A stretch of 63,907 nt of DNA, counting the filler, from Octopus bimaculoides (taxonomy: Eukaryota): assembly GCF_001194135.2 (NCBI RefSeq). It is 12 parts of 8 records of this genome, joined end to end, with 100 filler letters (N's around TTAATTAATTAA, not from the genome) between each part and the next. Parts side by side here need not be neighbours in the genome. Positions count along the whole stretch, not along the records: positions 1 to 10,616 come from NC_068998.1; positions 10,717 to 20,746 come from NC_068989.1; 10 more parts are not named here. The stretch is one strand, 5' to 3'. The first letter of the stretch is position 1. The number at the start of each line of letters is the position of its first letter. Below, piece after piece: positions 1 to 12,497 of this stretch. The position numbers and the translations under genes were made by a program. The notes under the pieces were generated by a model. It was not told where the DNA came from, did no database searches, and saw only the letters and a list, made by a program, of their open reading frames with translations.

Positions 1-49
<49 letters not shown>

Positions 50-80
50 AATATATATACAAATATATATATATATATAC
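1..80. repeat. (AT)n microsatellite
   Basis: Pure or near-pure AT dinucleotide run; many similar tracts occur across the window (e.g. 545-580, 5457-5510, 33940-33987). Confidence 0.98.
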
Positions 81-180
81 ATACATGTAATTCAGTTGTA
101 ATTAAACTTTATCCTTTAATGGTTTCTTGATAGCTTTAATGCGATAATGATCATCATTATGTTGATGGCGACAGTTATGG

Positions 181-372
181 CTGTGATTACGGTGGTGGTG
201 GTGGTAGTAGTGGTGGTGGCTATGTTTGTGATGGTAGTGACTTCGGCATTGTAATAGTTATGGTGGTGGTGGTGGTGGTTGTGGTCCTGATGTTGATGGT
301 TATGATTGTGATCGTGGTGGTGATGATGGTGGTGTTGGTGGTGGTGTTGGTGGTGGTGGTTCCACAGGTATT
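181..372. repeat. degenerate (GGT)n/(GAT)n trinucleotide repeat
   Basis: GGT/GAT-rich cryptic repeat; explains the poly-Val/poly-Thr ORFs. Similar tracts at 2513-2735 and 3015-3420. Confidence 0.95.
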
Positions 373-545
373 GAAATTGGTCTTGATACTAATGGTAACA
401 CTAACTCTCACTATATCAATACACACATATATATATACATAAATTCATAAATACACATACACACACACATAATATAAATGCTTAAACATACACACATACA
501 CACACGCATATGTAATATGAATATATTCATATATACATAGATACA

Positions 546-583
<38 letters not shown>

Positions 584-647
584 GGAGTAAGCACATGAAA
601 TGTGCAACAAGGTGGGAAAAAAGTACTCAAATACCAGAGGTAGAGTA

Positions 648-816
648 ATATGCTTTATTTAAAAGCAGCAGAAATATAACAAAAAAACTGTACTCTGAGT
701 TTCACGTTCCCGTTCATCGGACAGTTTTGTTAGAAAAAATTGTCCGATGAACGGGAACGTGAAACTCCGAGTAACAGTCTTTTGTTATATTTCTGCGGCT
801 TTTAAATAAAGTATAT
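648..816. repeat. ~170-bp fold-back palindrome (inverted Penelope-like pseudo-LTR segment)
   Basis: 648-728 is the reverse complement of ~735-816 (ATATGCTTTATTT... / ...AAATAAAGTATAT), with a ~6-nt loop. Each arm has a hammerhead-like core followed by AATAAA in its sense orientation. Confidence 0.85.
739..778 (+). ncRNA. minimal type-I hammerhead-like motif (CCGAUGA variant core)
   Basis: Stem I ATTGT/ACAGT; core CCGATGA (744-750); stem II ACG-GGAA-CGT; GAAA; stem III ACTC-C-GAGT; cleavage triplet GUA (771-773). Mirror copy on the minus strand at 684-728. Confidence 0.55.
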
Positions 817-817
817 G

Positions 818-851
<34 letters not shown>

Positions 852-1635
852 GGAACACGCGCATAAACACTCGAATACTTGTAATTAAAATTATGTGGGT
901 GGGTGTTAAGTATTGATATTTAATATAAATTATATATAAAAAAAAAATAGAATGAAAATGACTGAAATTGAACCAATTTCTCGCTAGAAATTTCTTAAGT
1001 GTTTCGACTGGAATTACAGAAGTGTTCAATAATGAATTCTTGAAGTATGTTCTACATTAAAATATGGATACTATTTAAATTTCTACTCCAAATAATTATG
1101 TGGTCCGATTAAGATTATAATTGTCGACATATTTAAAGCAGTGAAAATTAGAAAAATTAGAATAAAATAATTTGATGGAGAGGAAAATATATTAGTCAAT
1201 GACTATCATTAATGTCAGTTTCGAAGACATGTAAGGGAAGTAACTTCAGGCATTTTCTCGTGTTTTTCTGTCCTTATTAGCAAAGGATAGTTTTTACTTT
1301 ATCATCAAGACTGACATTAAAATATAACTAATGTTCAAAACTTGTGTTTTGAGAGTGTCATTACACCAATAATAATAAACACACGCACTGGCTCAAGATC
1401 ACTTCTTTATTGCTAGACAATTGGTTAAATATCTAACCAACCAATTAATCGATAGTTTGCTTAATGTGCTGGTTAAACAATGTTCGAAAATTTAGTCCGT
1501 CGTATATGTAACAATTCAAAAAATTATACTATATGTATTACAGTATATATATGCACCTCCCCTACATACACACAAACACATATGTATATATGAATATTGG
1601 TTTCGAATATATATATTCATGCGCATGTATATTCA

Positions 1636-1812
1636 GAACCAAGACCAGTAAGTTCGAGGGAAGTGGGTAAGTCGATTACAACGACTCCAGTGCTCGTCTG
1701 GTACTTGCTTTATCGGCCCCGAATGGATGAAAAGCACAGTTGATCTCAGCGGATTTCAAACTCAAAGTAAAGGCGGACGAAATGCCGCTAAGAATTTTGT
1801 CCGGTGTGCTAA
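1636..1812 (-). mobile_element. SINE family B, diverged copy
   Basis: Degenerate match to the in-window consensus GGCGGCGAGCTGGCAGAA...TTCTGAGTTCAAATTCCGCCGAGGTCGACTTTGCC. Confidence 0.7.
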
Positions 1813-1814
1813 AT

Positions 1815-2032
1815 ATTCTTTTCTACTCTAGGCACAAGGCCCGAAATTTTGGGGGAGGGGGCCAGTCGATTACATCGACTCCAGTACGAAATTGGTACTT
1901 AATTTATCGACCCACGAAAGGATGAAAGGCAAAGTTGACCTCGGTGGAATTTGAACTCAGAACGTAACGGCAGACGAAATACCGGTAAGCATTTCGCCCG
2001 GCGTGCTAACGATTCTGCCAGTTCGCCGCCTT
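1815..2032 (-). mobile_element. SINE family B, near full-length young copy
   Basis: Reverse complement has a tRNA-like head (GGCGGCGAACTGGCAGAATCGTTAGC; B-box GAGTTCAAATTCC). Near-identical to 10471-10616 and 50261-50475. Confidence 0.9.
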
Positions 2033-2175
2033 CTTTCAGTTTCCGTCGACCAAATCCCGAATTCACTCAAAAGGCTCTGTTCGGCCGGAGGCTATACTAG
2101 AAGGCACTTGCCCAAGGTGCCACGCAGTGGGACTGAACCCGGAACCATGTGGTTGGTAAGCAAGCTACTTACCAT
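2031..2175 (-). mobile_element. SINE family A (tRNA head + CORE-like CCTTGGGCAAGTG), 5' half
   Basis: Reverse complement: GGTAAGTAGCTTGCTTACCAACCACATGGTTCCGGGTTCAGTCCCACTGCGTGGCACCTTGGGCAAGTG. Same family as 16027-16412. Confidence 0.9.
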
Positions 2176-4403
2176 TCCTGCGCTTATATTTTAAGAATTT
2201 TATTATACAATTCCTAATATTTGGTTATAAAAACATAATAGGATTTTTTTATAAGCATTGAATGGCATAGTTCCTTACAATAATAGGACCTATGTTACAC
2301 TTCAATTTCCCTAAAGACTACAATAGATTATCTCTGAAGATAGACATCAGTGAGGTCGAGAAAATAACAATCCTAAATCTGTAGATATTGTTAAGTCATT
2401 TTCACATAACATTTATAAAATTCATTGAGAAATATTGCGCATGAATGCGATTCTTTTTGATGTGAGACACAAGATTCTAAATTTATTTCTTAAGATATCA
2501 ATTTAACAAGTGGTGATGGTGATGATGATGGAGTTGAAGCTTGTAGTGATGATGGTGATGATGATGATGGTCATGATGTTGATGGTTTTGAGGATGGTGT
2601 AGAAAGTGGTGATGAGGGAGTGGTATGATGATATTGATAGTGGTGGTGGTAGTGGTGGTGGTGGTGGTATTGGTTGTGATGCTGGTGAGGGTGATGGCGG
2701 AGATGCTGATGATGCCGGTGATGATGATGATGGTGATGAAATTTGATTTTTAAAATAAATCGAAATAAAACGCCATAAAGATAAAGGAATACCTGTAAGT
2801 CATTAAATAATCGTAATGTCAAAGGTTAATTAGTAGTTAATTAATAGTTAATTTGCTACAAAAAATCAGCAAGAAATAAATGTACATTCTGAAGAATGTA
2901 ACATAAAAATTGAATTCATAATAACTCGAAGAAAGGCATTAAAGAATTTAAACTACACACGCTCTGCTGACGGCTAAAAGTGTTGTTGTTGTTGCTGTTG
3001 TTGGNNNNNNNNNNTGGTGGTGGTGGTGATAATGGTAATGATGAAGGTAGTAGTGGGGGTGGTGATGGTGGTGGTAGTGGTGATTGTAGTGGTGATGGTC
3101 ATGGTCATACTGGTAGGTGGTAGTTGTGGTAATGGTGATGGTGGTTGTTGTGGTTGTTGTTGTGGTATTGATGGTGGTGGTAATTGTGGCGGAGGTGGCG
3201 GTGGTGTTTGCAATGGCTGTGGCTGCGTAATTGCTGTTGTTGATGGTAATGGTGTTGTTGGTAGTGTTTCCGTTGTAGGCGATGTTGGTGGTGATGGTTG
3301 TGGTGGTAGTGGTTGCGGTGATGATGATGATAATGGTGGTAGTGGTGGTGGTGGTGGTGTTGGTGTTGGTGGTGGTGGTGGTGGTGGTGGCGGTGGTTGT
3401 TGAGGAGGTGATGATGGAAAAACTAAAACATNNNNNNNNNNNNNNNNNNNNNNNNNNNNNNNNNNNNNNNNNNNNNNNNNNNNNNNNNNNNNNNNNNNNN
3501 NNNNNNNNNNNNNNNNNNNNNNNNNNNNNNNNNNNNNNNNNNNNNNNNNNNNNNNNNNNNNNNNNNNNNNNNNNNNNNNNNNNNNNNNNNNNNNNNNNNN
3601 NNNNNNNNNNNNNNNNNNNNNNNNNNNNNNNNNNNNNNNNNNNNNNNNNNNNNNNNNNNNNNNNNNNNNNNNNNNNNNNNNNNNNNNNNNNNNNNNNNNN
3701 NNNNNNNNNNNNNNNNNNNNNNNNNNNNNNNNNNNNNNNNNNNNNNNNNNNNNNNNNNNNNNNNNNNNNNNNNNNNNNNNNNNNNNNNNNNNNNNNNNNN
3801 NNNNNNNNNNNNNNNNNNNNNNNNNNNNNNNNNNNNNNNNNNNNNNNNNNNNNNNNNNNNNNNNNNNNNNNNNNNNNNNNNNNNNNNNNNNNNNNNNNNN
3901 NNNNNNNNNNNNNNNNNNNNNNNNNNNNNNNNNNNNNNNNNNNNNNNNNNNNNNNNNNNNNNNNNNNNNNNNNNNNNNNNNNNNNNNNNNNNNNNNNNNN
4001 NNNNNNNNNNNNNNNNNNNNNNNNNNNNNNNNNNNNNNNNNNNNNNNNNNNNNNNNNNNNNNNNNNNNNNNNNNNNNNNNNNNNNNNNNNNNNNNNNNNN
4101 NNNNNNNNNNNNNNNNNNNNNNNNNNNNNNNNNNNNNNNNNNNNNNNNNNNNNNNNNNNNNNNNNNNNNNNNNNNNNNNNNNNNNNNNNNNNNNNNNNNN
4201 NNNNNNNNNNNNNNNNNNNNNNNNNNNNNNNNNNNNNNNNNNNNNNNNNNNNNNNNNNNNNNNNNNNNNNNNNNNNNNNNNNNNNNNNNNNNNNNNNNNN
4301 NNNNNNNNNNNNNNNNNNNNNNNNNNNNNNNNNNNNNNNNNNNNNNNNNNNNNNNNNNNNNNNNNNNNNNNNNNNNNNNNNNNNNNNNNNNNNNNNNNNN
4401 NNN

Positions 4404-4479
<76 letters not shown>

Positions 4480-4564
4480 AAAAATATATATATATCGATT
4501 CTTTTTTCAAAATTCTTATTGTGTTACTCACTCATATACTTGTGTAAGATGAAGTATGTAAAAT

Positions 4565-4732
4565 ATTAGACAATGAAACCTTTTGATCAAAACTTTTTCA
4601 CGAACCCGTAAAATACTACTGTGGACCTCCAGTTTACTATTTTGCTGCTATGGACCTCCAAAAACCTTATATGGACCCCCAGGGGTCAAATGGACTGGCA
4701 GGGATCATATGAACCTCGGTTGAGAACTACTG
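4565..4732. mobile_element. hAT (Charlie-like) non-autonomous element end
   Basis: Ends GGTTGAGAACTACTG (reverse complement CAGTAGTTCTCAACC, a typical hAT TIR), preceded by repeated TGGACC(T/C)C motifs. Other end and TSD not found. Confidence 0.5.
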
Positions 4733-4739
4733 GCCTTGC

Positions 4740-4932
4740 CAATCAAGAGCATTCGAACAAAACAATAATATGGGTACCACATGTGGGCATGAGTTGGTGG
4801 TTGACATTTCAGATGACCTGAAGACAGTCAGCACCTTGTGAAACGAATGTACAAAAGTAGCAGCCGATCGAACCCAGTGGAGGGATCTTTCCACCCAATG
4901 CTCTAAACAGCGCAGAAGGACTTTAACCTAAA
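4740..4932 (+). mobile_element. RTE-clade LINE 3' fragment
   Basis: Encodes ...KVAADRTQWRDLSTQCSKQRRRT, resembling RTE ORF C-termini (A.DR..WR). Confidence 0.5.
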
Positions 4933-5454
4933 GCTGAAGACGGTCGAGTACAATGTGAGCTGCTAAAGCATAGAAGTTGAAGTTGTGGAACCACAAATCA
5001 TAACTGATGAACAACTATTAACAAAGTCCTTGGGTTCCAGGCCCAGAGCAATGATCACAGTCAGTAAGAGACTGTCGAGAGAAGGCTGAACAAATGGCGC
5101 CGGAAAAGATCTTCTACAGCACGATTTTATGTCATCGCTGATCGTTGAAGTGTTAAGATACGAGGTTATTTCTAATATATTTTAATGCCATTTCTCGTAG
5201 CAGCACAGCCGTCCATTACAGATTACCAATATGATATTCACGGCTTATTGCTTTTAGGCGGCCCAATGAGAAAAGAGTGTTTGTTCAGCTCGGGCGGAAC
5301 AAATATAGCAGAATATTTTTTATTCGGAAACACCGGTTGATAGGTTTATTCACTGATGATTACATCTTTCGCCGATATAATACCCGTAACCCCCCCCCCC
5401 CAGAGGCAAACATACATATATGTGTATGTATGTATTTTATACATGTATCTGTGC

Positions 5455-5552
<98 letters not shown>

Positions 5553-6947
5553 ATACGTATACATATAAATATATATATAAATTGTAATATGTACGGATTG
5601 ACACACCTATTCTCTCTTTCACTCATACACACACACATCTATACACCCCACCCATATATATGTTTGTATGTGTGTGTGTGTGTGCGTGTGACACACACAC
5701 ACACACACACACGCACACAGGTGGTTTTCTACATGTCAGCCATTACTACACATGGTTGATTCCACTTCAGTGTGATTATTACAGAGTCAAGGAGACAACT
5801 GGCAACCATGTTGTGACATTGGTGGAAACATGGCTGTCCAAAGTTGATTTAAATCCCTTCTTAATTACAAATTTTATTGCTGATTTTGTGGATAAACACT
5901 AACAAAATTGCTATATAATTGCTGTAGTAATAACCGAACCCTTACCACAAGCCCCCATAATTCTACGATATTTTAAAAAACAACCATTGAAGTGTTTATT
6001 AAAAAAATGTTTGCTATGGCTAAAAGTGGTGAAATTGTTGTAAGGGCGCGTCTGGTTCGAATTTTCTTTTAAAACTTCATGAATTTGTATTAGATTTCGT
6101 CTTGTGTTTTTCAGCTTTTGTCAGCGGTTTAAGTTGGCGATATCTATTTGGTAGACTGGCAGGATTGTTATAATGTTGGGCAAAATTCATTGGGGTATTT
6201 CTTTGTCAGTCTCTTTAAATTCTGAGTTCAAATCTCGCCAAGGTAGATCGACATCACATTTCATTAATTCGTAATCAATTTCCGTTGAAATTTACTGTAA
6301 TTGTGCCAAAGTTAGAAAGAATTATTATAAGGCGTCGAACAGGCAGACTTTTTAGCATACCGGACAAAATTCTTAGCACCATTTCGTTCGTCTTTACGTT
6401 CTAAGTTCATATTCCGCTGAGTGAATTTTGTCAGTGAACAGGTCGGGGTCTCAAAGCGATGAAAATATTTTGGCAAATTAAATTTAAATGTTGAAGAGAA
6501 TCTAACGGTTTTTGTGTGATATATTGAAATAATTTCCAAGTTAAATCCGATTTTGTTACATATTTCTTCCTAACGACCAGTTGAATTATAAAAATCTATA
6601 ATGGTCCCCCTAGGGAGGTGGGGGCTGTAGCACATGTTTACAAATCATCTACGATAAGCTCCGACACGCGACAACGCCAGCTACAATATGTGGACTATTT
6701 GTCAATGTATTTGTAAAGCTATTTATCTAATTTATTTTACTTAGATGCATATTCGTTTGTTAAAATAATATAAGGACATTCCTTATTCACCCACTAATCG
6801 AATTAATAATTTGTAATACCTATTCTTAGCAATAAACTATTACCATAAAGGACGGGTTGGGTAGAAATACATCAACTGAATAGGAAACCGAATAGGACAT
6901 GGAACAGTGTAGTGGTAAACGGGAACTGAGGATAGCCCCCGCTTTCC

Positions 6948-7239
6948 CGGTACCCTTAACGTAGTTCTCGGAGAGATTCAGCGTGACACAAAGTGTGACA
7001 TGGCTGGGCCCTTTGAAATATAGGTACAACAGAAACAGGAAGAAAGAGTGAGAGAAAGTTGTGGGGAAAGAGTAAAGAGTAAAGTAAAGTTGTGGTGAAA
7101 GAGCAGGGTTAGCCCCCCCCCGTCGTGGAGCTTTAGGTATTTTCGCTCAATAAGCACTCACAACGCCCGGTCTGGGAATCAAAACCGCGATCCTACGACC
7201 GCGAGTCCGTTGCCCTAACCACTGGGCCATTTCACCTCC
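6948..7239 (-). mobile_element. SINE family C (tRNA head variant 1)
   Basis: Reverse complement has A-box TGGCCCAGTGG and a B-box-like GGTTTTGATTCC. Body GTACCTATATTTCAAAGGG...GAGAACTACGTTAAGGGTAC is shared with 22121-22435. Confidence 0.8.
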
Positions 7240-7789
7240 ACACACACACACATATATGTATACATACATACATGAATACATACATATATATACATATATA
7301 TATNNNNNNNNNNNNNNNNNNNNNNNNNNNNNNNNNNNNNNNNNNNNNNNNNNNNNNNNNNNNNNNNNNNNNNNNNNNNNNNNNNNNNNNNNNNNNNNNN
7401 NNNNNNNNNNNNNNNNNNNNNNNNNNNNNNNNNNNNNNNNNNNNNNNNNNNNNNNNNNNNNNNNNNNNNNNNNNNNNNNNNNNNNNNNNNNNNNNNNNNN
7501 NNNNNNNNNNNNNNNNNNNNNNNNNNNNNNNNNNNNNNNNNNNNNNNNNNNNNNNNNNTATATATATATACAATGGTGTAGTGCAATTAATTTGGTCAGC
7601 TGTGGGATAGGGAGGGAAAAATGGAGGAAGGGGGAAAAGGGAGCAGGTGTAGAATAACGTAAGGAGGAGAAGTAAGAGTGAGTTGAATGCTATTTCATTT
7701 ACTCTCATGCATTTTCTGCGAAGCATGTTCTTGGTTTGGGTGGTCTCTGTGGAGATAAGATAATCGTACATGCTGTAGCTAGCGAAACA

Positions 7790-7950
7790 ACAGCAACACC
7801 AACAACAAGAACAAGGGCAACAACAACAACAACAACAACAGCAACAACTACGTGAAGCCCAACCCTAGTTATAACAGCAACAACAACAACGAGGCCACAA
7901 CAACAGTAACAACAGCAGGAACACCAATAATATAACGAGAACAGCAATAT
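7790..7950. repeat. degenerate (AAC)n repeat
   Basis: CAA/CAG-rich cryptic repeat; similar tracts at 8870-9200, 14770-15000 and 53090-53460. Confidence 0.9.
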
Positions 7951-7962
7951 TAGCAGTTGCTA

Positions 7963-8180
7963 AGGAGGCGAGCTGGCAGAATCGTTAGCACGTCAGGCAA
8001 AATGCTTAGCGGCACTTCGTCCGTCTTTACATTCTAAGTTCGAATTCTGCTGAGGTCTACTTTGCCATTCATTTCTTTGGGGCTTGATGAAATAAATACC
8101 AATAGAACAGTGGGGGGTCGATGTAATCGACTTACTCTGCCCCCGAAATTCCTACCCTTGTGCTAAAATTTGAATTAATA
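7963..8180 (+). mobile_element. SINE family B
   Basis: AGGAGGCGAGCTGGCAGAATCGTTAGC head and full body. Confidence 0.85.
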
Positions 8181-8199
8181 TATATATATATATTTTTTG

Positions 8200-8398
8200 C
8201 TTCTTCGCTCTAGGCACAACGCCAGAAATTTTTGGGGAGGGGCTAGTCGATTAGATTGACCCCGTAGGCAATATATCGACTTAATATATCGACCCCGAAA
8301 GGAGGAAAGGCAAAGTCGATCTCGGCGGAGTTTGAACTCAGAACGTAAAGACAGACGAAATACCGCTAAGAATTTCGCCCGGCATGTTAACGTTTCTT
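8200..8398 (-). mobile_element. SINE family B (5' slightly truncated)
   Basis: Reverse-complement match to family B with the standard GTGCCTAGAG tail. Confidence 0.85.
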
Positions 8399-8622
8399 AT
8401 TTCTGAATTGCCCCACAAGGGGCTAAACATAGAGGGGACAAACAAGGACAGACAAAGGGATTAAGTTGATCACATTGACCCCAGTGCGTAACTGGTACTT
8501 AATTTATCGACCCCGAAAGGATGAAAGGCAAAGTCGGCGGAATTGAACTCAACGTAACGGCAGACGAAATACCGCTGAGCATTTCACCCGGCGTGCTAAC
8601 GTTTCTGCCAGCCCGCCGCCTT
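8398..8622 (-). mobile_element. SINE family B, alternative-tail variant
   Basis: Family-B head/body joined to a different 3' tail (TTTGTCCCCTCTATGTTTAGCCCCTTGTGGGGCAATTCAGAAATAA on the sense strand). Confidence 0.8.
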
Positions 8623-8648
8623 AATTTGAATTACCATTATCCGTAACT

Positions 8649-8850
8649 AAGGCGGCAATGAGACAGAAGCGTTAACACTCTGGGCAAGATGTCTAACGGC
8701 ATTTCGTCCGTCTTTATGTTCTGAGTTCAAATTCCACCGAGGTCGACTTGGTATTTCATCCTTTCAGCGTACCAGCGAAACAGTGGAGTCGATATAATTG
8801 ACTTACTTCCTCCCGCGAAATTTGCGGGCTTTGCGCCAAATTTGGAAACC
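8649..8850 (+). mobile_element. SINE family B, diverged
   Basis: AAGGCGGC...GTTCTGAGTTCAAATTCCACCGAGGTCGAC. Confidence 0.8.
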
Positions 8851-9817
8851 AATATTTGCAGTAGCTACAACAGCAAACAGCCGCGCAAGCAACAGGAACA
8901 ACAAACACAACTTCAGTATTGACATGAGCAAGACTAACAATGCCATTAGCTGCAAAAACAGCCAAAAAGAAAACAAAACAAAAAACACGGCCTCCCGTAG
9001 CAATAGCAACAACAACAACAACAACAACAACAACATCAACGGCATAAATAACAAAACGTCAACAACCACATTACCAGTAACTACAACAAAAAACAGCAAC
9101 AGCAGCAATAACAACACAAAAAACTATTATAAGAACAACAACAACAACGATGACGATGACGACGATGGCGGCGGTGGCGTCGCTGACGACAACGTCGACG
9201 GGTACAGCAGCCACACAAAGCGGAAGTGAATATTTGCTTTCTCAATTTAATGGCGTNNNNNNNNNNTTGTATATGCATACGTATGTTTTTAAATGTATAT
9301 ATTAATGTTAATGTATGTATATGTGTGTATATGTATGTATTTGTATATATATATGAATGTGTATATGTTTATATGCGTTTGTTTATGTATAAGTGTGTAT
9401 AAATTTGTATGTGTACGTTGAGTGTGAGAGTGTGTATACACGCATATCAATATGCGTGAATAGTTGTATATATTTGTTTCTCTATGTGTATGTATGGATG
9501 TATGACTGTGCTTAGATCTTAGTATTTGACTGTATGTTTGTATGTGAATTTATGTGTGTTTCTTTGTATACGTGTGTGTGTGTGTGTGCATCTATGTATG
9601 TCTATATGTATGTCTATATGTATGTATGTATGTATGCATGTATGTGCTTATGCGTGCATACAGAAAGAAATGTTGCGATGACCTAAAGGAGTTTATATCT
9701 TGATCTCCGTTCAAATATTTTCTCTGACTCTCTTTCTCTCTTTCTCCCTCTCACCCTCTCTCTATTATTACCATGGCCTGTCTCGCTCTCACTCTCTGCA
9801 TCAGTCTCTCATTTTCT

Positions 9818-9864
<47 letters not shown>

Positions 9865-10336
9865 CATTATCTCTCAGGGCCGCCCCCTCTCCTATCTCCT
9901 ACCGTTCAAATAAACTTGCTGGCGTAACACAGACAACTGAAGGCCGTCCCGTCCATCAGATCATTTTATAAAAAACCTACAAAGCTGAGGTTACAGGTCC
10001 TTAAGCAATCATCAGATATAAAACATAACAGATTCATTAGTCATCCCAGGTCACGTGATATCAATATGTTATACAGAGTCTGACGACACATTACCTCACT
10101 ACAGGAAATCTACACACACATACATAAATATATATATATATATATAGCTGTATAGATACGTACAGATACGTACGTAAAAGTAACAATTTTTTTCTTTACA
10201 TATATATATAATTAGAAAAGCAGCAGACAAACACACCAAGCAGAATTAGTATATTTACATAGAGTACAAATCACTGAGTACGAAATAAAGAGGACAAATA
10301 AACACAAGGAGCTAAGTAGCAGTTTTATCTTAACAG

Positions 10337-10445
10337 CTGTTTCTGGTGAACCATGGCTTATGCGGTAACCACTTTCGTGATATGATAAAGACACGTGATA
10401 TAGGTGTATAGAATAGCATAAGTTTCAATGGATTCATTTGGCAAG
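10337..10445 (+). other. candidate exon (non-coding or 5' exon)
   Basis: TTTTATCTTAACAG acceptor and AAG|GTAAGG donor in unique sequence. All three frames contain stops over the full length. Confidence 0.25.
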
Positions 10446-10470
10446 GTAAGGATACCCTCATCGAGAGAAT

Positions 10471-10616
10471 ATTCTTTTTTTTTCTACTCTAGGCACAAGG
10501 CCCGAAATTTTGGGGGAGGGGGCCCAGTCGATTAGATCGACCCCAGTACGCAACTGCAACTTAATTTATCGACCTCCGAAAAGATGGAAAGCAAAGTCGA
10601 CCTCGGCAGAATTTAA
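10471..10616 (-). mobile_element. SINE family B 3' part (truncated by gap)
   Basis: Near-identical to 1815-1960. Confidence 0.9.
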
Positions 10617-11670
10617 NNNNNNNNNNNNNNNNNNNNNNNNNNNNNNNNNNNNNNNNNNNNTTAATTAATTAANNNNNNNNNNNNNNNNNNNNNNNNNNNN
10701 NNNNNNNNNNNNNNNNTATATATATATATATATATGATATAATATAATATAGGATAAATTCTTTATAAGAATTTATCAAGTAGTGTGAGGTATATATATA
10801 TATATCGTACAGAGGTCAGACTACAGGTTCCCTAGTTTCTGAAGAAATGACACTTCTCATCAATAGGGTCCGTATTCATATCCGAGCCCTCGCATCTCAA
10901 GAGGAGATGTGGGTTGCGAGGAGAAAGAGAGTTGAAAGGGTGAACGACGTTGGATGGAAGCCTGTATTGATGACTTATTTGGGCGATTCTTCTGAAAAGC
11001 CCTGTATATAATACAGCAATGTCAATACAGGCCAGTTGACTTTATAGTACTTTTGACCTCTCATACTTTGCAGCTTTGTGATTTATTAATAAAGACAGTC
11101 GTGTCACTGCACATACATACAGATACATTATACACGAGGCGTACTTATACATCTACTATTCTCAAATGTATACGCATAGCCTCATACATACGCATTCGCA
11201 CAGAAGAACAGATATATTCACAAAAGTATATGCACGCACTTACAGACAAACTTACAAATATACACATATATACTGAGTTACACATAGAGTTATATACGCA
11301 TATATACATGTTTATGTATGCATATATATACAGGGAATCATACCAACACATGCAAATATAATCGCATATACAAAACACACAAACACATACACACAAACAC
11401 ACATATATACATGCACATTTAAACGTGGAAATATAGTGTTACACAAGCGCGTGTAATACAACCGCATATATTCATGTCATACATATACTTATATACAGAT
11501 ACGTGTTCATATACTCACGCACACACATGCAGACATGAAATACACTCACGGAGACATGAACAAAAATGAGTGCGTGTGTATGTTTTCATGTATGTATGTA
11601 TATATGTCTGTATGTTTTTTTTTTCTATTTTGTATGTATGTGTGTATGTATGTATGTATGTATACGTTTT

Positions 11671-11875
11671 TACTCTTTTATACGTTTCAGTCATTTGAGT
11701 ACGGCCATGCTGGAGTGCCGTCTTTAATCGAACAAATCGACCCCGAGGAGTTATTCTTTGTAAACCTGGTACTCATTCTATCGCGCTCTTTGGTCCGAAC
11801 CGCTAAGATTCGGGGACATAAACACACCAACATCGGTTGTCAAGTGATGGTGAGGGAGGCAAACACAGACACAAA

Positions 11876-11880
<5 letters not shown>
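11671..11880 (-). mobile_element. SINE family A 3' half
   Basis: TTTCAGTCATTTGA...GGCCATGCTGGAG...CCGAACCGCTAAG...GGTTGTCAAG, followed by (CA)n. Confidence 0.85.
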
Positions 11881-11913
<33 letters not shown>

Positions 11914-12400
11914 NNNNNNNNNNNNNNNNNNNNNNNNNNNNNNNNNNNNNNNNNNNNNNNNNNNNNNNNNNNNNNNNNNNNNNNNNNNNNNNNNNNNNNN
12001 NNNNNNNNNNNNNNNNNNNNNNNNNNNNNNNNNNNNNNNNNNNNNNNNNNNNNNNNNNNNNNNNNNNNNNNNNNNNNNNNNNNNNNNNNNNNNNNNNNNN
12101 TCTATCTATCTATCTATCTATCTATCTATTTTTTTTTCTTCCCGCGATCCCTTTTGATCGAAATCCCCACCTTTTTTTTCCGCGATCCCTTTTGATCGAA
12201 ATTATCCCCCCCCCCAAGAAAAGCTCTACCTTGTAATTTGTCCATTTTCTGTATTTAGCCCTGTGTGGCTATAATAAAAAGATATCTATCTATCTATCTA
12301 TCTATCGATCTGTCTGTCTGTCTAACTGTCTCTCTCCATCTGTCTAACTGCCTGTTTCTCTGTCTAATTGTCAGTCTGTCTATATATATATATGTATGTC

Positions 12401-12497
12401 ATTGTTCAACTTATTTCAAGAATTCTTGCTAATAAAGAGAGAACCGGTTTCTAACCTAGATCCAAGTTTCCTCTATTGGAGGTTCAACAACAGGGTA
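12401..12497 (-). mobile_element. family D: ~100-bp element embedded in (TATG)n, probable LINE 3' tail
   Basis: Homologous to 12957-13049 and 22604-22702 (AGAACCGGTTTCTAACCTAGATCCAAG). All copies abut (ATGT)n. Confidence 0.7.

Noticed and set aside
220-442. Poly-Thr/Val/His and HT/VC/YI dipeptide ORFs throughout
   Set aside because: Translations of (GGT)n, (CA)n, (AT)n and (ACAT)n microsatellites; no coding evidence.
2948-4547. Long ORFs of 300-527 aa here and at 13640-14651 and 57116-58345
   Set aside because: Open only because N gaps and simple repeats contain no stop codons.
5660-5902. ORF ...ETTGNHVVTLVETWLSKVDLNPFLITNFIADF...
   Set aside because: Only a vague resemblance to hAT transposase; no splice donor and no catalytic motifs; cannot be assigned.
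10661-10672. TTAATTAATTAA recurring 11 times (10661, 20791, 22529, 24998, 26860, 32569, 48321, 55292, 57112, 59910, 62691)
   Set aside because: Always centred between N runs of similar length and gives stops in all six frames; an assembly linker, not biology or a CRISPR-like array.
10826-10871. Minus-strand hammerhead-like TTGATGA-GAAG..CTTC-A-GAAAC
   Set aside because: C3U change, an extra base before GAAA and no NUH cleavage triplet; at most a dead relic.
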